The notes beneath the pieces are model-generated. The model did not search any database. It worked only from the letters and a program-made list of their open reading frames with translations, and had not been told where the DNA came from. Both the position numbers and the translations under genes were made by a program. From Thermoflexus sp. (GTDB lineage: Bacteria > Chloroflexota > Anaerolineae > Thermoflexales > Thermoflexaceae), in contig JBEPYX010000001.1 in NCBI GenBank assembly GCA_041641155.1, positions 1-40,223 of the forward strand: a stretch of DNA of 40,223 bases, given 5' to 3'. Below are positions 31,367 to 40,223 of this stretch, piece after piece; positions within the stretch are counted from its first letter, which is position 1; every line of letters starts with the position of its first letter.

Positions 31367-31398
31367 CGTTCCCCCCAGGAGCGCAGGCTGCAGGGATG

Positions 31399-31428
31399 AT
31401 TATAGGCTCGGTGGAAAGGCCATGTCAA
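31399..31428 (-). promoter_or_regulatory. Consensus sigma70 promoter of aldehyde dehydrogenase
   Basis: Minus strand TTGACA-18 bp-TATAAT. Confidence 0.8.
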
Positions 31429-31557
31429 CGACGCGGATGACCAACACTCCCTCCTCCCCTCGCGGAGATGGGGGTGTCCTCCCCGGATCTCCGCCCATGC
31501 CGAAAACCGGCGTCCCCGCTATAATCGTTTACGGTCAGTCCAAACGGGGTTCGCGCC

Positions 31558-32787
<1,230 letters not shown>

Positions 32788-32792
32788 AACGC

Positions 32793-32820
32793 CTGGGGCA
32801 GGCCGAGCGGCCTGCCCCAG
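32793..32820 (+). terminator. Strong hairpin after icd (no U-tract)
   Basis: CTGGGGCAGGCC-GAGC-GGCCTGCCCCAG. Confidence 0.55.
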
Positions 32821-32897
32821 CCCCTCTCCGGGGCCTGAAGGGAAGGAAAAGGAAAAGGAATAGGATGCCCTTTCTGCCCTGTCGGGAGGTCATGCCC

Positions 32898-33350
32898 ATG
32901 GAACCCCCGACCGCGACCGTCGTCGCCCTGTTCCGCTGCACCGGCCATCGAGCCCCGATGGAACCGATGGAGGCGGTCTGGGCGGAAGCCCACTGGGGCA
33001 TCCAGGGGGATGCCCACGCCCGCCAGGATTCCTCCCGCCAGATCCTCCTCATGGATCTGGAAACCCTGGAAACCCTCAACCTGGCGCCCGGGATGGTGCG
33101 GGAGAACATCACCCTCCGAGGCCTTCCCCTCAGCCGGTTGCGCCCGGGGGATCGCCTTCAGATTGGAGAGGCGCTGCTGGAGATCACCCAACCCTGCACC
33201 CCGTGCGCCCGGCTGGACGAGATCCGGCCCGGGCTTCGGGAAGCCCTGCGGGGCCGGCGGGGAATGCTGGCCCGTGTGCTCCGGAGCGGCTGGATCCGGC
33301 GCGGGGATCCGGTGCGCCTGCTGGAAACCCCCGACGCCCCCTCCGCATAA
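32898..33350 (+). CDS. MOSC domain protein
   Basis: [42 protein letters not shown]; start near SD GGAGGT. Confidence 0.88.
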   Translation: MEPPTATVVALFRCTGHRAPMEPMEAVWAEAHWGIQGDAHARQDSSRQILLMDLETLETLNLAPGMVRENITLRGLPLSRLRPGDRLQIGEALLEITQPCTPCARLDEIRPGLREALRGRRGMLARVLRSGWIRRGDPVRLLETPDAPSA

Positions 33351-33631
33351 GGCCGAAGGATGCGCGTCTCCATAACAGCGCCAGGCGCCATGCCCTCGGC
33401 CCAATCCTGGGAGAGCCGGTGGCTCTCCCGCAAGGCCCGCATCGGCCCGCGGTCGGACGAACTCAAAACGTCCCATCCCATTCCATCGGCCCCCCTTCGT
33501 CCCGATCCCTTCCACCCTGCGAAGGGATCCCCAGCCACACCGTTCACACCCGAGTCGATCAAAATTCCCCTTTTCACAAACTTGTGATATATCGGGTTAT
33601 AAAGGATCCCCACTCCGGCAGGAGCCTGGCC

Positions 33632-34264
33632 ATGGTCCCGATTCAAAAAGTTCCGGACATTGTGATCGGTCGGCTTCCCATCTACCTGCGGGCCCTGCAG
33701 GTGATGGCGGCAGAGGGCCGGGAGGTGACCTCCTCCCAGGAGCTGGGGGAGCGCTTGGGGATCAGCTCTGCGCAGATCCGAAAGGATCTCTCCTACTTCG
33801 GGACGTTCGGGAAACAGGGGACCGGCTATCGGATCCCTGACCTGATCGAGCATCTGAAGCGGATCTTGAAGGTGGATCGAACGTGGGATATGATCTTGAT
33901 CGGAGCGGGGAACCTGGGGCACGCGCTGGCTCAGTATCAGGGATTCGCCGCGCGGGGGTTCCGGCTGGTGGCCATCTTCGACAACGATCCGGAGAAGATC
34001 GGGCGGCCCATCGGGCCCCACATCATCCGGGATGTGCAGGAACTCCCGAATTTCGTGCAGGAGCATCGGATCCAAATCGCAATGATCGCCGTCCCGGCCG
34101 CCGCGGCCCAGCAGGTCGCGGACCTCTGCGTGGAGGCCGGCATCCGCGCCATCCTGAACTACGCCCCGATCCACCTCAAAGTCCCGCCCGGGATCTTGGT
34201 CCAATACATCGACCCAGCCATCCACCTTCAGCAGATGACCTATTACCTGGGGGATGAACGCTGA
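33632..34264 (+). CDS. rex: Redox-sensing transcriptional repressor Rex
   Basis: [47 protein letters not shown]. Confidence 0.96.
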   Translation: MVPIQKVPDIVIGRLPIYLRALQVMAAEGREVTSSQELGERLGISSAQIRKDLSYFGTFGKQGTGYRIPDLIEHLKRILKVDRTWDMILIGAGNLGHALAQYQGFAARGFRLVAIFDNDPEKIGRPIGPHIIRDVQELPNFVQEHRIQIAMIAVPAAAAQQVADLCVEAGIRAILNYAPIHLKVPPGILVQYIDPAIHLQQMTYYLGDER

Positions 34265-34380
34265 GGCGCATCCGCGGGTTGGGGCCATCCCCCGCAGGGG
34301 GAGCGGCTTGAACGCACCCGAGATCCCAATGGCGGCGATCCTAAGAGGGCCGCAGTCCCCCTATATGGGAGGGCAGCCGC

Positions 34381-35403
34381 TCAGAACGAAGACCAGATCG
34401 CCTTCAGTGTCCGCTGGAACAGATGGATGTGCTCCAGGGCTTTCCCCGCCCCGATGGCCACACAGGCCATGGGGGCATCCACCACGTAGGCGGGGACCCC
34501 TGTTTGCTGGGTGAGGAACTCATCGATCCGCCGGAGCATCGCCCCCCCGCCCACCAGCGCCATTCCTCGATCGATGATATCTGCGGCCAGCTCCGGCGGG
34601 GTGCGCTCCAGGACCGCCCGGACCACCCCGACAACCATCTGGAGGGGCTCCTGGATCGCCTCCAGCACCTCATCGGAGGTCAAGGTGATCGTGCGCGGCA
34701 GGCCAGTGACCAGATCCCTCCCATGGACCTCCGTGGTCAGTGGCGGATCCAGCGGGAGGGCCGTCCCGATCTGGATCTTCACCTGCTCCGCCGTCAGCTC
34801 GCCGATGGCCATGTTATACTTCCGGCGCACATACCCGATGATCGCCTCGTCCATGCGGATCCCCCCGACCCGCACGGAGTGGGCCGTCACGATCCCCAGC
34901 ATGGAGACCACCGCTGCCTCCGTGGTCCCGCCCCCCAGGTCCACGATCATGTTGCCGGTCGGTGTATCCACCGGGAGGCCAGCGCCGAGGGCGGCTGCCA
35001 AGGGTTCCGGGATCAAATAAACATGCCCGGGATGGGCGCCGGCGGCTACGGCCGCCTCATGCACGGCGCGGCTCTCCACGCTGGTCACCCCATAGGGGAC
35101 AGCGATCATCACGTGGGGTCGGAAGAGGCGGATGGGACCGCACACCTTATGGATGAAATACCGGAGCATCCGTTCGGTCACGTAGTAATCGGCGATCACG
35201 CCATCCCGCAGGGGACGGATCACCTCGATGATCTCGGGGGTGCGGCCATACATCGCCCGGGCCTCTTCCCCCACCGTCAAGATCTCATCCCCATCGATCG
35301 GCATGGCCACAATCGAGGGCTCCTGGAGGACGATCCCCCGTCCCACCTCGTAGACCAGCACGTTGGCGGTGCCCAGGTCGATCCCCAGACGCTTGGTGAG
35401 CAT
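34381..35403 (-). CDS. mreB: Rod shape-determining actin-like protein MreB/Mbl
   Basis: [45 protein letters not shown]. Confidence 0.95.
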   Translation of the reverse strand: MLTKRLGIDLGTANVLVYEVGRGIVLQEPSIVAMPIDGDEILTVGEEARAMYGRTPEIIEVIRPLRDGVIADYYVTERMLRYFIHKVCGPIRLFRPHVMIAVPYGVTSVESRAVHEAAVAAGAHPGHVYLIPEPLAAALGAGLPVDTPTGNMIVDLGGGTTEAAVVSMLGIVTAHSVRVGGIRMDEAIIGYVRRKYNMAIGELTAEQVKIQIGTALPLDPPLTTEVHGRDLVTGLPRTITLTSDEVLEAIQEPLQMVVGVVRAVLERTPPELAADIIDRGMALVGGGAMLRRIDEFLTQQTGVPAYVVDAPMACVAIGAGKALEHIHLFQRTLKAIWSSF

Positions 35404-35416
35404 CGATGCCGCTCCC

Positions 35417-35845
35417 CTATCCAGAAGACCCTTCCCGTCGGATCCGACGGCGGCGGGCCACCTCCATCCGGACCCGAGAGCGGCGCAGGGCGGCCAGGGC
35501 CATGTTGAGATCCACCCCGGGCGGCCGCTCCCTCAGGATCTTCTCCGCCCGCTGACGGGCCTCCTCGGCCCGGGCGATATCGATCTCCTCCGCCCGTTCC
35601 GCCACGTCGGCCAGCACGATCACCCGCTCCGGGGTCACCTCCATGAAGCCCCCGTGGATCGCAAACCAGAGCTCCTCTGCCCCCCGCCGGGCCAGCAACG
35701 GCCCAATGCCCAGGGCGGTGAGCAAGGGCGCATGTCCCGGCAGGATCCCGAGCTCCCCCTCTACCCCTGGGGCCACCACGATATCCACGTCCCCGCTGAA
35801 CAGGGCCCGCTCCTGGGTCACGATCTCCAGACGAATCGGGCTCAT
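35417..35845 (-). CDS. atpC: ATP synthase epsilon subunit
   Basis: [33 protein letters not shown]. Confidence 0.95.
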   Translation of the reverse strand: MSPIRLEIVTQERALFSGDVDIVVAPGVEGELGILPGHAPLLTALGIGPLLARRGAEELWFAIHGGFMEVTPERVIVLADVAERAEEIDIARAEEARQRAEKILRERPPGVDLNMALAALRRSRVRMEVARRRRIRREGSSG

Positions 35846-35871
35846 CCATGCCTCTCCTCTGACCGGTGCTC

Positions 35872-37347
<1,476 letters not shown>

Positions 37348-37403
37348 TCATCGCGCGATCGTTCCGACGTCTGAATCCAGGAGCCGTGTCCAACGCCGGA
37401 TCT

Positions 37404-38339
37404 TCAACGGGTGCGGGCGCGGATCTGAGCCCGCGCGGCCTGGCGCATGGCCTCCGCACCGCCTGCGATGTCCAGCATCTCACTGGTGATCGACTGCTGC
37501 CGCGCCTTGTTGTAGCTCAGGGTAAGCGTATAGATGAGGCCTTCCGCGTTCTCGGTGGCGTTGCGCATGGCCACCATACGGGCCGAGTGCTCACTGGCCA
37601 AGCTCTCCAGGACTGCCTGATACACTTGTAACTCCACGAACCGAGGAAGGATCACCTCCAGAAGCTCCGCCGGGCCTGGCTCATAGATGAACGTTTTGTT
37701 GGCCACCGCCCGCGTGTCCAGCTGCTCCACCGCCTCAGGGACCGCTGGCTCGTGGCTGTCGGTGAGGCGAAGCGGCAGCAAGCGACGGACCCGGGGGCGT
37801 TGGACCATGACGTTGATGAAATCGGTGTAGGCCAAATAGACCTCGTCCACGTTCCGGCTCAGGAACTCTGACATCGCCAGGCGGGCGATGGGACGGATGT
37901 CGACGAAGCGGGGCCAGCGGGGCATGGGGGAGAAATCAGCCACCAGAGGCCCCCGCACCCGGGCCACTGCGTCCCGCCCCTTGCGTCCCACTGTTAAGAA
38001 GGCCACCGGGGCGCGGCTGACCGCCGCGAACCGGAACGCCAGGCGGATGATGTTGTCGTTATAGGCGCCACATAGCCCCCGGTCGGCGGTGATGAGGACC
38101 AGGAGAACCCGCCGCACCGGCCGCACCTCCAGCAGGGGATGCAGCAGGGCGCTAGCCTCCGCCTGGTGAGCGAGGTGGACCAGGACCTCCCAGGCCTTTT
38201 GGGCGTAAGGGCGGGAAGCCAGCGTGATCTCTTGGGCCCGCCGCATTTTGGAGGCCGAGACCGCTTCCATCGCCCGCGTGATCTGCGCGATGCTTCGAAC
38301 CGTTCGAATCCGACGCCGCAATTCCCGCAGGGTCGGCAC
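37404..38339 (-). CDS. atpG: ATP synthase gamma subunit
   Basis: QITRAMEAVSASK, DRGLCGAYN, SEHSARMVAM.NAT.NA, NKARQ..IT.E; GTG start after GGAGGT. Confidence 0.96.
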   Translation of the reverse strand: MPTLRELRRRIRTVRSIAQITRAMEAVSASKMRRAQEITLASRPYAQKAWEVLVHLAHQAEASALLHPLLEVRPVRRVLLVLITADRGLCGAYNDNIIRLAFRFAAVSRAPVAFLTVGRKGRDAVARVRGPLVADFSPMPRWPRFVDIRPIARLAMSEFLSRNVDEVYLAYTDFINVMVQRPRVRRLLPLRLTDSHEPAVPEAVEQLDTRAVANKTFIYEPGPAELLEVILPRFVELQVYQAVLESLASEHSARMVAMRNATENAEGLIYTLTLSYNKARQQSITSEMLDIAGGAEAMRQAARAQIRARTR

Positions 38340-38399
38340 GCCCTCAACCTCCTGATGGGGATGCTGGATCTCCTCCCAATACCGGACCACCGACCCCCA

Positions 38400-40091
38400 T
38401 CATCCGGCCAGCCAGCCGCGGTTGAACTCCTCGATGGCCCGCCGCAGCCTCTCCTCGGTCTCTTTCGTGATCTCCTTCCGCTCGGCGATGTCGCGGCCGA
38501 CCTCCGGATAGTTCGTGGCCATGAAACGTAGGAACTCCTTCTCCCACTGGCGCACCTTCTCCACCGGGATCGAATCGAGGTATCCGTTCGTCCCGGCGAA
38601 GATGACCATCACCTGCTCCTCTAATGGCATCGGCTCATACTGGGGCTGTTTCAGGATCTCGGTCAGCCGCTTGCCCCGCTCGATGATCGCCAGCGTGGTC
38701 TTGTCAAGATCCGACCCAAACTGCACGAAGGCGGCCAGCTCCCGGAACTGGGCCATCTCCAGGCGCAGGCGCCCAGCCACCTGTTTCATAGCCTTCGTCT
38801 GGGCGGCACCGCCTACCCGTGAGACCGAGATCCCCACGTTGATCGCTGGGCGGATGCCCGCGTTGAACAGGTCCGTCTCGAGGTAGATCTGGCCGTCGGT
38901 AATGGAGATCACGTTGGTCGGGATGTAGGCGGAGACATCCCCCAGCTGGGTCTCCACGATAGGCAGCGCCGTGAGGCTCCCACCCGACCCTTTCACCTTC
39001 AGGATTTTCAGGTTGTCTTTATCCGGACGGGCCTCCAGGGCCTTCTGGGCCTCCTTATACCCGAGGGGGCCGGTGTAAACCTTCCCGTCGATCCCCTCCC
39101 GGGTGTCCTCAGGGGCATCCCGAGGGACAATGATGTATTTGTTCGCCAGCCGCGCGGCGCGCTCCAGGAGCCGGGAGTGGAGATAGAAGATGTCGCCGGG
39201 GTAGGCCTCCCGGCCGGGTGGGCGCCGGAGGAGGAGCGAGACCTGACGGTAGGCCCAGGCATGCTTGGTGAGGTCGTCGTAGACGATCAAGGCGTCATTG
39301 ACCAGCTGCCCGTCTACGATCACACCGTTCTCCATCACCTCCTCCCCCATCGCGCAGCCCGCATACGGAGCGATATACTGCAGGGCGGCGGGATCGGAGG
39401 CGGTGGCAGCCACCACGATGGTGTAATCCATCGCCCCGTAGCGCTCTAAAGTGGCCACCAGGCGGGCCACCTGGGCGCGCTTCTGGCCGATGGCCACGTA
39501 GATGCAGACCATCCCCTTGCCTTTTTGGTTGATGATGGTGTCGATCGCGATGGCTGTCTTCCCAGTCTGGCGGTCACCGATGATCAATTCCCGCTGGCCG
39601 CGCCCGATGGGGATCATGGCGTCGATGGCCTTAATGCCAGTCTGCACCGGGGTGTCCACGTCCTGGCGTTTGGTGACCCCAGGGGCGATGCGCTCGATGG
39701 GACGGTAGCGATCCGTCACGATCGGCCCCTTGCCATCCAAGGGGCGCCCCAGCGGATCCACCACCCGACCCAGCAGGGCCTGGCCTACCGGGACCGAGGC
39801 GATGCGGCCGGTGCCGCGGACCTTCATCCCCTGGCGGATCCCACTGAAGTCCCCCAGGATGATCACACCGACGTTGTCCCGCTCCAGGTTGAAGGCGATC
39901 CCGATCACCCCGTTCTCGAACTCCACCAGCTCGCTGGCCATCACATTGCTGAGGCCCGAGCACCGGGCGATCCCATCCCCCGCCTCAATGACCTCGCCGA
40001 TCTCGGCCACTTCCACCTGAGGGGTATAGGCCTCGATCCGCCGCTGCAAAGAGGCGATCAGATCATGCCAGGCGTCCGTCCGATCCGCCAT
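38400..40091 (-). CDS. atpA: ATP synthase alpha subunit with large internal insertion
   Basis: [48 protein letters not shown]. Confidence 0.97.
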   Translation of the reverse strand: MADRTDAWHDLIASLQRRIEAYTPQVEVAEIGEVIEAGDGIARCSGLSNVMASELVEFENGVIGIAFNLERDNVGVIILGDFSGIRQGMKVRGTGRIASVPVGQALLGRVVDPLGRPLDGKGPIVTDRYRPIERIAPGVTKRQDVDTPVQTGIKAIDAMIPIGRGQRELIIGDRQTGKTAIAIDTIINQKGKGMVCIYVAIGQKRAQVARLVATLERYGAMDYTIVVAATASDPAALQYIAPYAGCAMGEEVMENGVIVDGQLVNDALIVYDDLTKHAWAYRQVSLLLRRPPGREAYPGDIFYLHSRLLERAARLANKYIIVPRDAPEDTREGIDGKVYTGPLGYKEAQKALEARPDKDNLKILKVKGSGGSLTALPIVETQLGDVSAYIPTNVISITDGQIYLETDLFNAGIRPAINVGISVSRVGGAAQTKAMKQVAGRLRLEMAQFRELAAFVQFGSDLDKTTLAIIERGKRLTEILKQPQYEPMPLEEQVMVIFAGTNGYLDSIPVEKVRQWEKEFLRFMATNYPEVGRDIAERKEITKETEERLRRAIEEFNRGWLAG

Positions 40092-40223
40092 CGTTCACCT
40101 CGCGGATATCAGATTGGGGGAACAGACCATCGCTGGAGGCCGCCGCGATCCGAGGGGCACGAGAGCCCTCGTGGAAGCCGGACCCCCTGATCCCTCGCTG
40201 TTCCGACGGGTTGCCGCGCGATC

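Noticed and set aside
32836-32864. Purine-rich GGAAAA repeats before the MOSC gene
   Set aside because: Only 2-3 short units; no support for phase variation or other function
38991-39146. Intein in atpA
   Set aside because: Too short and lacks C/S N-terminal and HN C-terminal splice residues
40092-40223. 3' end of atpH expected upstream of atpA
   Set aside because: No convincing delta-subunit C-terminus recognised in the 130 nt available

Overview
High-GC bacterial chromosomal window with mostly housekeeping genes. Gene content and protein style suggest Chloroflexota, possibly Thermoflexus-like (inference). In order it carries: a 5'-truncated PAS sensor kinase converging on an atypical OmpR-type regulator; a TIM-barrel/PIG-L deacetylase pair; rpsO-pnp; a four-gene cell-envelope operon (8-Cys protein, two paralogous membrane proteins, L,D-transpeptidase); a collapsed relic of an hpa-type aromatic degradation cluster (livG-like, hpaI-like and hpaD-like fragments around an intact flavin reductase and hydrolase); ahcY; a truncated PD-(D/E)xK-like protein; trmFO; carAB; a TetR-controlled MacAB-like exporter with two permeases and no ATPase; an iscX-nuoB-nuoCD-nuoI-mrp operon encoding only the complex I Q-module; aldehyde dehydrogenase; icd; MOSC protein; rex; mreB; and atpCDGA, with a ~47-aa insertion in AtpA. 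I saw no rRNA, tRNA, CRISPR or mobile elements. The best candidates for undescribed systems are the envelope operon (6962-9590) and the Q-module/Fe-S factor operon (25242-29776). Many starts were moved from the ORF track using SD sequences and gene overlaps. All product calls come from motif recognition, not database searches.
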